A stretch of 64,000 bases of DNA from Alphaproteobacteria bacterium (GCA_964291285.2 OZ219786.1:1-64000); one strand, 5' to 3'; numbered from the stretch's first letter, positions 8,963 to 18,322 are shown. The notes: generated from the letters alone by a model not told the origin. A program made the numbers and translations.

Positions 8963-9423
8963 GCCGGCTTCTCCGGGTCGGGGCCTCCGGCGCCCGCGGT
9001 CCCGGCGGAGCTCGCGGCCGGCATATCCGCCATTGCCGGGGTTTCGGGGATCAACGCGGCCGCAACCACTGCCGCGCGCTCTTCTCCGAGCACCTCCCGA
9101 AGGAGTTCGACCGCCCGCTCGCGCTTGCCTTCGCGGACCATCGCCCTGAGCTTAGCCTCCAGCAGGGCGCGCATGCTGTCAGCGAGATCCGACGGCGCTT
9201 CCGCGCCGGAACCCATGTCGCGGGCGGCAGACGCCAGGGCAAGGGAGAGGCCGCGCTGTTCCCCTGCATCCAGCACCAGCGGCCGGGCAGAAGCCGTCTC
9301 CGCAAACGGGTCCACGGTCAGCGCGCATTCCCGAAGGAACCGGGCGGCCGACATGCCCCGTTCGGCGGCCCAGGTCTTGATCTGCGCCCATTCCTCCCCG
9401 GTCATGGAGACCGTGCGGTTCAT
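8959..9423 (-). CDS. Ribbon-helix-helix (MobC/CopG-like) protein, paralog A
   Basis: RTVSMTGEEWAQIKTWAAERGMSAARFLRECAL fits the RHH pattern. Confidence 0.7.
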   Translation of the reverse strand: MNRTVSMTGEEWAQIKTWAAERGMSAARFLRECALTVDPFAETASARPLVLDAGEQRGLSLALASAARDMGSGAEAPSDLADSMRALLEAKLRAMVREGKRERAVELLREVLGEERAAVVAAALIPETPAMADMPAASSAGTAGAGGPDPEKPA

Positions 9424-9449
9424 GCCGGGCTAGCGGTTGCGCGGTTTCT

Positions 9450-9962
9450 TCATGCGTCCTCTCCGAACCCGGGGCGGCCGGCGTCCGCGGTCCCGGCGGG
9501 GCTCACGGCCGGCAAATCCGCCATTGCCGGGGTTTCGGGGATCAACGCGGCAGCGATCGCCGCCGCACGCTCCTCGCCGAATACTTCCCGCAGCAGTTCC
9601 ATCGCCCTTTCGCGCTTGCCCTGGCGGACCATCGCCCTGAGCGGTTCCTCCAGCATCGCGCGGATGTCGTCCCGGTACTGCGCCAGCGCCTCCTCGTCGG
9701 CAGCATCGAGCCCGCGCGCCAGTGCCGACACGCCATCCGCGAGGCTGTGTTGCCGCCCGGCGTCCAGGACCGGCGCCCGCGCCTTGCCGCCCTTCGCCGA
9801 CAGGTCCACGTTCAGCGCGCATTCGAACCACCAGGCCGATACCGACATGCCGGCGCGGCGCGCGCCATCCCGGACCATTTCCCAGTCCTCGCCGGTGGCG
9901 CAGACAGTGCGGTGGCCAGCTTTCGACCGGCCCGCCCCCGGTCTCGTCCGCATCTTCTTCAT
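9450..9962 (-). CDS. Ribbon-helix-helix (MobC/CopG-like) protein, paralog B
   Basis: RTVCATGEDWEMVRDGARRAGMSVSAWWFECAL; C-terminal half nearly identical to paralog A (LRAMVR.GKRERA.ELLREV.GEERAA..AAALIPETPAMAD). Confidence 0.7.
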   Translation of the reverse strand: MKKMRTRPGAGRSKAGHRTVCATGEDWEMVRDGARRAGMSVSAWWFECALNVDLSAKGGKARAPVLDAGRQHSLADGVSALARGLDAADEEALAQYRDDIRAMLEEPLRAMVRQGKRERAMELLREVFGEERAAAIAAALIPETPAMADLPAVSPAGTADAGRPGFGEDA

Positions 9963-10231
9963 GTCGGTTCCCCTCGCGGCTCGCCGGCGGTCTTTGCCGG
10001 GCGCCTGCACCGCCGGCCTTCTGCCGGGCCGGCTTCCGGTGGCTGGCCGAGGGCGCCGTGCAGGCGGAATACAACCATGAACCAGGGCGCCTCCGGAATC
10101 TTCCTGACGGCCAGCCACCGGCTACGGGGATCGACGGCAATCCTCTCCAGGTAATGCCTCTGCTCCGCTCCGGAGGCCGGCCAGCGTTCGCGCCGCGCAA
10201 TGCGGCGCACGGTTTCGGCCAGGTCGCTCAT
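9959..10231 (-). CDS. Hypothetical protein (90 aa)
   Basis: ATGA overlaps with both neighbouring genes, suggesting translational coupling. Confidence 0.6.
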   Translation of the reverse strand: MSDLAETVRRIARRERWPASGAEQRHYLERIAVDPRSRWLAVRKIPEAPWFMVVFRLHGALGQPPEAGPAEGRRCRRPAKTAGEPRGEPT

Positions 10232-11301
10232 CGCCCGGCCTCGGGGCAGGCCGCGTGAATCCCGTCCGCGACCGGGAGCCCGCGCAGGGCCTCGGCGAGC
10301 TCGTCGCGCTGCCGTCGGTCGATCAGCAGGCAGAGACGGTGGAGCGCCGTGACCCGGTCGCGCGGCGCGATCTGCGACCAGGCGCTTTCCAGGCGGCCGA
10401 ATTGCTGCGCGCGCGTCGGCTCCTTCGGGGGCGCAGGCGGCGCGTCCGTCTTCTGCAGCAGCGCGGCGAGGGTTTCGGGAGGCTCATCGGTCTCGCGCAG
10501 CCGTTCAAGGGTGCGTTGTTGCTGGGCTTCCGAAAGGCCCGCGATCCGGTAGAGGTCCCCTTCCCGGCGCGCGATCGGGGTGCCTTCCAGCTCGTCCTGC
10601 AGTTCGGGCAGGATACGCTTTCCTATGCGCAGCGCGCGCGCGACCGTGCCCCTGGACAACGAGGTCAGGTCTGCCGTCTCTTCAACGAACGAAAGAGGCG
10701 GCGATAAATCAAGATCGAAGCATTCGATGTTGATTTTCTCCTGGTATTCTGCGCTCTTGCGGTCGCCGCCGTGGCGGGCGTCCGGGTGCAGTCTTCTATG
10801 AAGTTCCTCGCGCCTGGCAACGAAGCGGCCGCGGTGCAGCGGCGTGAGTTCCGATCGGATCAGGTTCTCGTCGACCTCCACCAGGGCGAGCATGTCCGGG
10901 CTCGGATCGTCGAGCACGAGGGCCTCGATCCGGCCCCATCCGAGACGCCGGGCCGCCTCCATACGGTGGGCGCCGGCAACGAGGGCGAAGCCTCCCCGGT
11001 CCAGGCCGCGCTCGTATTCGCCGGTATCGGGGTCGATGCCGAAATTGTGGCGGACCTGGATCGGGTTCTGGAGGCCGATCCGGTCCATCGACTCCGCGAG
11101 GCGTTCGACGACGGCTTCGTCGACCTCGCGCAGCCGCGGCCCGACGGCGATCTGCTCCAGGGCGATGGGCCAGGTGCTCCGCTGCCGCGCCGTCGACGGA
11201 TCGAGGCGGGAAACCCCGGCGACCGCGGCGGGATTGCGGCGGCGCCAGTCCTCGATGCGCTCGATGAACGCCCCGCCGCTGTTCTTCGGGGCCCGGCTCA
11301 T
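10228..11301 (-). CDS. parB: ParB-family partition protein
   Basis: LAESM..IGLQNPI.V; LVAGAHR.EA; ENLIRSELT; HGGDRKS; HTH. Confidence 0.9.
   Translation of the reverse strand: MSRAPKNSGGAFIERIEDWRRRNPAAVAGVSRLDPSTARQRSTWPIALEQIAVGPRLREVDEAVVERLAESMDRIGLQNPIQVRHNFGIDPDTGEYERGLDRGGFALVAGAHRMEAARRLGWGRIEALVLDDPSPDMLALVEVDENLIRSELTPLHRGRFVARREELHRRLHPDARHGGDRKSAEYQEKINIECFDLDLSPPLSFVEETADLTSLSRGTVARALRIGKRILPELQDELEGTPIARREGDLYRIAGLSEAQQQRTLERLRETDEPPETLAALLQKTDAPPAPPKEPTRAQQFGRLESAWSQIAPRDRVTALHRLCLLIDRRQRDELAEALRGLPVADGIHAACPEAGR
10706..10736. promoter_or_regulatory. AT-rich inverted repeat inside parB (candidate parS/operator)
   Basis: AAATCAAGATCGAA-gca-TTCGATGTTGATTT; 14-bp arms with one mismatch. 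Confidence 0.55.
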
Positions 11302-11975
11302 GCGACTGCCCTCAGCGCGCGCACCGGCCAGGCCAGCAGCGCGTCCGCCACGGCGCCGATCTCGGCCGCCGCCGCCCCGTGCGGATCGGACTCCACCACG
11401 CCCAGCCCGGCCCGGGTGGACCGCACGAAGGCGACGCGGTTGCGCACCGCGGCAGGCAGCATCTGCACCCCCTGTCGGGAGAGCAGGTCCCTGGCCTCGG
11501 TCTCCCAGTGCGCGGCCCGTGTCGGAACCGCGTTCAGCACCGCGACGGCCGGCGTCCCGGCCAGCGCGGCGACATCGAGGCTCGCGCGGACCGCGGCGAG
11601 GTCGAACAGCGACTGCCGGCAGGGCACGACCACGAGGTCCGCATGCCGCGCGCCGGCCACAGGACCGCCATCGGCCCCCATCGGGGTGTCGATAAGGATC
11701 AGGTCGGAGCCCTTCGCCAGGGCCCGCCCGATCTCCCGGTCGAGGCGGAGATACGGGCAATAGCGGATATCAGGCGCCGGGTCAGTGCGGAGATCGCCCC
11801 ACACGACGGCCGAGCAGTTGGGGTCGCAGTCGAGGACGGTGACCCGGCGGCCGGCCCGGACGGCATGGGCCGCGACATTGAGCGCCAGCGTCGTCTTCCC
11901 GGCCCCGCCCTTCTGGCTCACGAAGGCGAGGATGCGGGGCGCTGCAAACGCGGCGGAGTGCGATCGGTCATGCAT
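11298..11975 (-). CDS. parA: ParA-family ATPase (short plasmid type)
   Basis: SQKGGAGKTT deviant Walker A; LDCDP; IIDTP. Confidence 0.93.
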   Translation of the reverse strand: MHDRSHSAAFAAPRILAFVSQKGGAGKTTLALNVAAHAVRAGRRVTVLDCDPNCSAVVWGDLRTDPAPDIRYCPYLRLDREIGRALAKGSDLILIDTPMGADGGPVAGARHADLVVVPCRQSLFDLAAVRASLDVAALAGTPAVAVLNAVPTRAAHWETEARDLLSRQGVQMLPAAVRNRVAFVRSTRAGLGVVESDPHGAAAAEIGAVADALLAWPVRALRAVA

Positions 11976-11989
11976 GGGAGTGCTCCCTC

Positions 11990-13393
11990 CTAACGGCGGC
12001 GTCCCGCCGCCAGCGCTTGCGATGGCGGGCGGCGGGACGGCGCGGTTTCATTATCTGTTTCTTTCGGGTTAAGGGTGTCATGACCGTCACCCATGGGGGT
12101 GTCATGACTGTCACCCCTGGCCGCCGCTGGTGTCGCCCCGGAGGTGTCATGACCGTCACCCGCCGACGGGCGGGCGGCGGCGCTTTCGGCCGCCTCGCGC
12201 GCGGCCGCCTCGCGGTTCAGGTCCATGATGCGCAGCAGCGTCATCCGGTGCTGGCGCGGGTAGTCGAGGCCGGACGGGAAGGCGTGGTAGCGGTTGGCCC
12301 GGTTCCGGCGCGGGACCACCTGCAAATAGCCGGCCTCCCTGCACTTCTCGGTCCAGCGCTGGATCCGCCGTGCGGGCACTCCGAAGATCGCCTGCAGCTC
12401 CCTCACCGTGACGACCCAGCCGTCGATGTTCGGGCCGTCCCGGTAGGCGATGAACGACAGGAACGCGCGCGCGGCGACATCCTTGATGTCGTGGAGCATC
12501 ATGCACGACGCCATCCGGTCTCCCGCCATCTTCGGATCGAACTTCTCCGGCTCGGGAACCATGTAAAGCCTGGCCTCGGGATCGGCGGCGGCGCCCTCCG
12601 GCAGCGCCAGCTCCGGGGCGGGCGCCGCCTCGGCAACGCCGTATTCCAGCGTGACGCCCGGAAGTTCCTGCTCCAGGAAGCGCGCGATGCGCTCGCCATG
12701 GTCCTGGCGAACCCGGTCCCGGATGAACGCGCTCGGGGCCAGCAGCACGACGCCGGCGCCGCGGGCCTCCATGCCAAGACCGGCGAGCCAGGCATCGAAC
12801 GCCGTCTCGCCGACCGCCTCCCGCAGGCGCTCGCGGACGGCGTCCCACGCCCGCTTCACCGGCTGGGCCGGAGCTTCGGCGGGTTCGTCAAATTTGGCGC
12901 CGGCGCCAAATTCGGCCTCCCCGGCCTCGCGCGCCACCCGCGCCGGTGCTTCGGCAGGCCCGCCGGTTCCTGCAGCACCGCCGGATCCGGTGTCTGCCGG
13001 ATCGACGTCCGCGCCCTCGGGCGCCGCCTCCGGGGACGGCTCAAAATTGACGCCGGCGCCAAATTCGGCCTCCCCGGCCTCCGCCGGCCGGCGCGGCCGC
13101 GCAAGCCGTTTGAGAACGGCCTTCCCGCCCTCGAGCGAAAGCTCGGCGGCCGAAACCCCGGAGCGGTGCAGCTTCATGGCCCGGTTGCAGACGCTGTACG
13201 ACCAGCCGGCGGTTTTCAGCGTCTTCATCCAGACGCCGTGCGCACACTCGCCTCTGAGCTCGGTCAGCCAGGCGCCGAAATCGAGCAGCCTGCTGAAATA
13301 TGCGACCGAGCCGCGCGCCGCGAACTCGTAGCTGTCCTGTCTTTCCCGCAGGATTTCGGCAAGCGCGTGCGGATCGCAATACAGGGCCGTCAT
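11990..13393 (-). CDS. Putative replication initiator: DUF3102-like, DnaA N-terminal and winged-HTH domains
   Basis: GAWL.ELR...HG.W..L...WS...NRAMKL; WDAVRERLR...GETAFDAWL...LLAPSAFIRDRV; ELQAIFGVPARRIQRW...CREAGYL....RANRY; iterons near the 3' end. Confidence 0.7.
   Translation of the reverse strand: MTALYCDPHALAEILRERQDSYEFAARGSVAYFSRLLDFGAWLTELRGECAHGVWMKTLKTAGWSYSVCNRAMKLHRSGVSAAELSLEGGKAVLKRLARPRRPAEAGEAEFGAGVNFEPSPEAAPEGADVDPADTGSGGAAGTGGPAEAPARVAREAGEAEFGAGAKFDEPAEAPAQPVKRAWDAVRERLREAVGETAFDAWLAGLGMEARGAGVVLLAPSAFIRDRVRQDHGERIARFLEQELPGVTLEYGVAEAAPAPELALPEGAAADPEARLYMVPEPEKFDPKMAGDRMASCMMLHDIKDVAARAFLSFIAYRDGPNIDGWVVTVRELQAIFGVPARRIQRWTEKCREAGYLQVVPRRNRANRYHAFPSGLDYPRQHRMTLLRIMDLNREAAAREAAESAAARPSAGDGHDTSGATPAAARGDSHDTPMGDGHDTLNPKETDNETAPSRRPPSQALAAGRRR
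12074..12161. repeat. Three 19-bp iteron-like direct repeats (candidate origin)
   Basis: GGTGTCATGAC(C/T)GTCACCC at 12074-12092, 12098-12116 and 12143-12161; AT-rich tract at ~12046-12072. Confidence 0.75.
12891..13081. repeat. Duplicated in-gene palindrome
   Basis: Perfect AATTTGGCGCCGGCGCCAAATT at 12891-12912 and imperfect AAATTGACGCCGGCGCCAAATT at 13044-13065, both followed by CGGCCTCCCCGGCCTC. Confidence 0.75.
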
Positions 13394-13887
13394 GGCCGCT
13401 CTCCGCTGCCGGGCCGCTCCCGGAACACGAATGCGTCAATCCGCCGCAGAATATTTGTCCGGTTCCGGACCGTCCGGGACCTGCGGCCGGGGCCCGCGGC
13501 AGGCTTGCCCGCCAGAGGCCGGGCCCCCGGCCGGCTGGCGAATCGCCGCCCCCCGGAGCGGGCGAACGCCGGCAGACATGCGCAGGACCCGGCCGGTCCC
13601 GCGGCATTTCCGGGCAAGCCGGCGGCGTCCGCAACGCCCGCCCGCCCAAGCGGAAAGTCCGCCCCTTTCCGGCGAATGCCGTCCGCCGGACCCGCGAAAC
13701 CGCCGTCGGGCGCCCGGAGGCGGCCGGGGGCCGGGTGCTGTCTGCCCCTTCGCCCGGAATTCGGGGAAAGGCTGTCCGGTATCGATACGCGGGCGTTCAG
13801 CGCGCGGCCTGGAAAGTTCCCTGTTTCCATAGAGTTGCGGTGAAACCGGCAGCGGCGGAAAAATCCCCCGCTCTACCGACCCGGCGC

Positions 13888-13916
13888 TTGACATTGCAGC
13901 GGCGGCAGCCGATTAT
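13888..13916 (+). promoter_or_regulatory. Sigma70-like promoter for the candidate sRNA
   Basis: TTGACA-N17-GATTAT. Confidence 0.5.
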
Positions 13917-13922
13917 CCGGAC

Positions 13923-14040
13923 ACGTGATGGCCGGATATCGGGCTGCTGTTTGCTGCTGCGCTGGGTAGGTGGCATCGAACCAGGGACCGAACCGCATCC
14001 CCGAAGGCCGCCGGACCAGAACCGGCGGCCTTCATTTTTT
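13923..14040 (+). ncRNA. Candidate small RNA (~120 nt)
   Basis: Lies between the promoter and a strong intrinsic terminator; no credible ORF. Confidence 0.4.
14003..14040 (+). terminator. Intrinsic terminator
   Basis: GAAGGCCGCCGG-accagaa-CCGGCGGCCTTC-ATTTTTT; perfect 12-bp stem. Confidence 0.8.
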
Positions 14041-14053
14041 ATGCGCTTGCCCC

Positions 14054-14082
14054 TTGACCTCGACATACCCGGCAAATACCGT
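14054..14082 (+). promoter_or_regulatory. Candidate outward-facing promoter at the element end
   Basis: TTGACC-N17-TACCGT. Confidence 0.4.
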
Positions 14083-14133
14083 CTCCCTCGAACGTGCTTC
14101 GTTGAACAATCTTCCGAATGCGTCGGTCGGCGT

Positions 14134-14784
14134 GTCAGCACGTTCCTGCTGCCGCTCTTCCTGCAGAACGTCCAGGGCTATCCCGTGCTGGCTGCGGGCT
14201 GGGTGCTGTCGGCCCGGGGCGTCGGCACGGGCATTGCGATGTTCCTTGCGGGCGTGCTGGCGAACCGGGTCGCCGGCAAATATCTGATCCTCGCCGGGCT
14301 CGCCGCCGTCGGGATATCCAATGTCTGGATGACGGGTTGGAACCACCAGGTCGGGGCCGCCGAAATCGTCTGGGCGACCGTGCTGAACGGCGCCGGAATG
14401 GGCCTGATGTGGGTATCGCTCACAACCGTTACCTTCTCGACGCTCGCCCAGCGCTACCGCACCGAGGCGGCGGCGCTCTTCGCGCTGATACGGTCCATAG
14501 GCGCGTCGATGGGCACCTCCATCGTGGTCGCCGTGCTGACTCGCAGCGCCCAGGCGAACTACACGGCGTTGAAGGACTTCGTCTCGGACTACAGCGAGGC
14601 GCTGCGCCTCTCGCCCTGGGACCTCGATAATGAGGCCGCGGTAGCGGCGCTGCGGCGGGAAGTGCTGCTGCAGGCCGAAACCATCGCCTTCGTTAACGAC
14701 TTCGCGCTGTTGGCGATTACTATCGGCGTTGCCGCGCCGCTGGTGCTGCTGTTGCGCAAGCCGGGCAGGGGAGCGGGCGAATGA
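14134..14784 (+). pseudogene. 3' half of a DHA2 (EmrB/QacA) MFS efflux permease, 5' part missing
   Basis: VSTFLLPLFLQNVQGY...RSIGASMGTSI...AFVND.F are C-terminal DHA2 motifs; upstream sequence is not transporter-like. Confidence 0.8.
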
Positions 14785-15968
14785 ACCCGCGCCTTCTGCT
14801 CTGGATCATGTGCGGCCATCTGGGATTGAACCTGATCGGCCTGCACGGGTTGCCTGCATTGCTGCCGGACTTCATCGACCGCTGGACGCTCTCGGAAAGC
14901 GAAGCCGGCTGGCTTGCCGGCGCACCCTATTTCTCGTCCATCTTCGCCATACTGGTCAGCATAGGGAGCGACCGCTTCGACGCCCGCAGGTTGATAATCG
15001 CCGGCTCCGTGGCGAACGCCGTGGGTCTTCTCGGCTTCGCGACGGTTGCGGACGGCTTCTGGTCCGGGCTCGGCTTCCGTCTCGTTCAGGGGATCGGTTT
15101 CGCCTGGATCTACATGCCCGGAGTCAAGGTCATTGCCGACCGGATGCCGCCGGGTAAGGAGGCGCGGGCCGGGGCCTTCTACATATCGACGTTCCCGATT
15201 GCGGCCAGCTGTTCTTATGTCACGACCTACTGGCTGGATGCCGCAATCGGTTGGCGACTGGCCTTCGCAATGCCTGGCATTGCGGCGGTTGTAGCTGCGC
15301 TTCTCGTCTGGAGCCTGATCGCGCCGAAAATGGCGGCGGGAGGTGGTGGCGCTTCCCTGGACCTTCGTCCGGTATTCGCCAATCGGAATGCGATGAAGGT
15401 GATCCTGGCGAATTTCGGCCATTCCATCGAATTGCTGGCGCTCCGCAGCTGGATGGTCGCATTTTTCGTGTTCGCCGCGACGACGGACGGCGGCGCGCCC
15501 GACTGGAACTGGCCGCTGCTTGCCATGGCGCTTACCTTGATCGGGGCGCCGATGGGTATGGTCGGCTCCTGGCTCGGCGCGCGCTTTGGTATGGCGCAAG
15601 TTTCGGCATTGTCACTGCTGCTGTCCGGCTCCGCGGCCTGTGTGGTCGGCTTTGCGGCGGACTGGCCGTTCTGGCTGCTTCTGCTCGGGCCGGTGCTGTT
15701 CCACAATCTCTTCGTGCTGATGGATGCGGGCACGCTGGCGGGCGGCGTCATCGAGGTCAGCAGCCCCGAACTGCGCGGGCGGGCGCTCGCCCTCCACGCC
15801 TTTGCCAATGCGGCGGGCGGTTTCATCGGCCCGGCGCTGTTCGGGATCGTGCTGGAGACGACGGGCGGCGCGGGCTCCGTGAACGCCTGGGGCTACGCTT
15901 TCGCCTCGGCCGGCGTCATCGCCATCATGAGCGCAGTCTCGGCAGCCGGCGTGTCACGGCGGAAATAG
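14781..15968 (+). CDS. MFS transporter
   Basis: About 12 TM segments; SDRFDARR motif A; ATGA overlap with the upstream fragment. Confidence 0.88.
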   Translation: MNPRLLLWIMCGHLGLNLIGLHGLPALLPDFIDRWTLSESEAGWLAGAPYFSSIFAILVSIGSDRFDARRLIIAGSVANAVGLLGFATVADGFWSGLGFRLVQGIGFAWIYMPGVKVIADRMPPGKEARAGAFYISTFPIAASCSYVTTYWLDAAIGWRLAFAMPGIAAVVAALLVWSLIAPKMAAGGGGASLDLRPVFANRNAMKVILANFGHSIELLALRSWMVAFFVFAATTDGGAPDWNWPLLAMALTLIGAPMGMVGSWLGARFGMAQVSALSLLLSGSAACVVGFAADWPFWLLLLGPVLFHNLFVLMDAGTLAGGVIEVSSPELRGRALALHAFANAAGGFIGPALFGIVLETTGGAGSVNAWGYAFASAGVIAIMSAVSAAGVSRRK

Positions 15969-16997
15969 CCGTCCCGCCGTCATCGGGGCGGGGCAGCCGG
16001 TGGTGCCGGGGAAGCTCGCCGGCAGGTTCCTGAGCTTTCGGGTGGCGAGATAGGCGAAGGCCTCGGCTTCCAGCGCGTCTCCGTCCCAGCCGAACGCCTC
16101 GGCCGGCTCGGCCGCGCCGGGCAGGGCGGCCATCAGGACCGGGTTGCGCCGCCCGCCGCCGGCGACGATCCAGCGCCGCGGCGGCTCCGGGAGCGGCGCG
16201 CGCGCAACGGCCGCGGCGGTGAAGGCGGCAAGCGTTGCAGCACCGTCGGCCGGCGAAAGGACCTCGACAGGCGCGGAAGAAAAGCTCTGCCGGTCCAGCG
16301 ATTTCGGCGGCGGGGCGGCGAAATAGGGGTTGTCCAGAAGCTGCTCCAACACGCCCTTATCGACGCGCCCCTGCGCCGCCAGCCTCCCGTCCCGGTCCAT
16401 TGGCTCGCCCGTATGGCGGCGGCACCAGTCGTCGAGGAGTGCGTTTCCGGGCCCTGTATCGAAGGCGAGCATCGTGCCGTCCCGCCCGATCCAGGTGACA
16501 TTGGCGACGCCCCCGATATTGAGCACGGCAACGGGGCGGATTTCACCGGCCAGCCTGGCGCGGTGGTAAACCGGCGCGAACGGCGCGCCCTGGCCCCCGG
16601 CGGCGACGTCGGCGCTGCGGAAATCGGCGATGACCGGGATGCCGGTTTCCCTCGCCAGCCGCCCGGCGTCACCGACCTGCAGGGTGAAGCGGTCCTCAGG
16701 GCGATGGTCCAGGGTATGGCCGTGGAAGCCGATGGCCGTCACCTCCTGTGCCCCGGTCTTTTCGAGCAGACGAAAGACGGCGCGGATATGGGCGTCCGTC
16801 ACGACCGTTTCGGCGGCGTGGACCTTCCGCTCGTCACCCGCACCCAGCGCCGTGCGGATGGCTGTGCGTTCTGCCTCGCTGTAAGGCAGCGTGACGAAAC
16901 CCAGCGGCCGGACTGCATCCTCGCCGTCGGTCTCCAGCAGGGCCGCGTCCACCCCGTCCATCGAGGTGCCGCTCATCAGGCCGATCATCAGTTCCAT
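15954..16997 (-). CDS. anmK: Anhydro-N-acetylmuramic acid kinase
   Basis: IGLMSGTSMDGVD; GGQGAP; LNIGGVAN; FDTGPGN; divergent from tyrS. Confidence 0.95.
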   Translation of the reverse strand: MELMIGLMSGTSMDGVDAALLETDGEDAVRPLGFVTLPYSEAERTAIRTALGAGDERKVHAAETVVTDAHIRAVFRLLEKTGAQEVTAIGFHGHTLDHRPEDRFTLQVGDAGRLARETGIPVIADFRSADVAAGGQGAPFAPVYHRARLAGEIRPVAVLNIGGVANVTWIGRDGTMLAFDTGPGNALLDDWCRRHTGEPMDRDGRLAAQGRVDKGVLEQLLDNPYFAAPPPKSLDRQSFSSAPVEVLSPADGAATLAAFTAAAVARAPLPEPPRRWIVAGGGRRNPVLMAALPGAAEPAEAFGWDGDALEAEAFAYLATRKLRNLPASFPGTTGCPAPMTAGRLFPP

Positions 16998-17074
16998 TGG
17001 ATGCGCCCGGCTTCGTTGTCGCCTTCCGGTTGCCATGATAAACGGCGCTTCGCTCCTCCCGAACAGCGAGACCG

Positions 17075-18322
17075 ATGACCGTGCCGTCCTTTCTGGAGAC
17101 CATTCGCGAACGCGGCTTCCTGCACCAATGCACCGATGCTGGAGGGCTTGGGTCGCTCCTGCAGGGACCGCCGGTACCGGCCTATATCGGTTTCGACTGC
17201 ACGGCCGACAGCCTGCATGTCGGTTCGCTGGTGTCGATCATGCTGCTGCGCCATTTCCAGCAGGCCGGCCACAAGCCTATCGTATTGATGGGCGGCGGAA
17301 CGACAAAGGTAGGCGACCCTTCCGGCAAGGAGGAAGCGCGGCCGTTGCTTACGGACGGGCAGATCGCCGCGAACATGGCCGGCATAAGGCGCGTGTTCGA
17401 GAAGTTCCTTACCTTCGGCGACGGGCCGTCGGACGCCGTTATGGCGAACAATGCGGACTGGCTGGACGGCCTTTCCTACATCCCGTTCCTGCGGGAATAC
17501 GGGCGGCATTTCTCTGTCAACCGCATGCTTTCGATGGACAGTGTGCGCCTGCGCCTCGACCGGCAGCAGCCGCTGAGTTTCCTCGAATTCAACTACGCCG
17601 TCCTGCAATCCTACGATTTCGTCGAACTGGCTCGCCGTTTCGGCTGCCGGCTCCAGATGGGCGGGTCCGACCAGTGGGGCAATATCGTGAGCGGCATCGA
17701 CCTCGGCCGCCGCGCGGAGGGAGTCGAGCTGTTCGGCCTGACGACGCCGCTGATCGAGACCGCCAGCGGCGCCAAGATGGGCAAGACGGCCAGCGGCGCG
17801 ATCTGGCTGAATGCCGAACGCGTGTCGGCCTACGACTACTGGCAGTTCTGGCGCAATACCGAAGACGGCGATGTGGGCCGCTTCCTGCGCCTGTTTACCG
17901 AGCTGCCTATGGAAGAAATCGCGCGTCTGGAGGCACTTGAGGGCCGGGAGCTCAACGACTCCAAGAAAGCGCTGGCTGACGCCGCAACCGTTCTTTGCCA
18001 CGGCGCCGACGCGGCTTTGCAGGCAGCGGAGACGGCGCGCCGCACCTTCGAGCAGGGCGAGGCAGCGGAGGGTTTGCCGGAGATAGAGGTGCCGCGTTCG
18101 GAACTGGAAGCGGGGATCCCGGCTTTCGCCCTGTTCCGCCGGGCGGGACTGGCCGACACCGGCGGCGCGGCGCGGCGGCTGATAAGGGGCGGCGGAGCCC
18201 GCCTGAATGACGAGCCTGTCGGCGGAGAAGAGAGGCTTGTGGGTCTCGCCGATATGGAGGGCTTGGATATGTTGAAGCTCTCCGCCGGCCGCAAACGCCA
18301 TGTCCTTGTACGCCCGGGTTAG
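17075..18322 (+). CDS. tyrS: Tyrosine--tRNA ligase
   Basis: [15 protein letters not shown]; [11 protein letters not shown]; KMGKT; C-terminal S4 domain. Confidence 0.98.
   Translation: MTVPSFLETIRERGFLHQCTDAGGLGSLLQGPPVPAYIGFDCTADSLHVGSLVSIMLLRHFQQAGHKPIVLMGGGTTKVGDPSGKEEARPLLTDGQIAANMAGIRRVFEKFLTFGDGPSDAVMANNADWLDGLSYIPFLREYGRHFSVNRMLSMDSVRLRLDRQQPLSFLEFNYAVLQSYDFVELARRFGCRLQMGGSDQWGNIVSGIDLGRRAEGVELFGLTTPLIETASGAKMGKTASGAIWLNAERVSAYDYWQFWRNTEDGDVGRFLRLFTELPMEEIARLEALEGRELNDSKKALADAATVLCHGADAALQAAETARRTFEQGEAAEGLPEIEVPRSELEAGIPAFALFRRAGLADTGGAARRLIRGGGARLNDEPVGGEERLVGLADMEGLDMLKLSAGRKRHVLVRPG

Noticed and set aside
13390-13830. 146-aa minus-strand ORF overlapping the rep start (ATGA)
   Set aside because: Low-complexity translation with no recognisable motif or RBS; cannot be supported, though not excluded.
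13300-14133. N-terminal part of the 494-aa plus-strand ORF
   Set aside because: Not protein-like, and it crosses a promoter and a terminator; only the part from ~14134 resembles a transporter.
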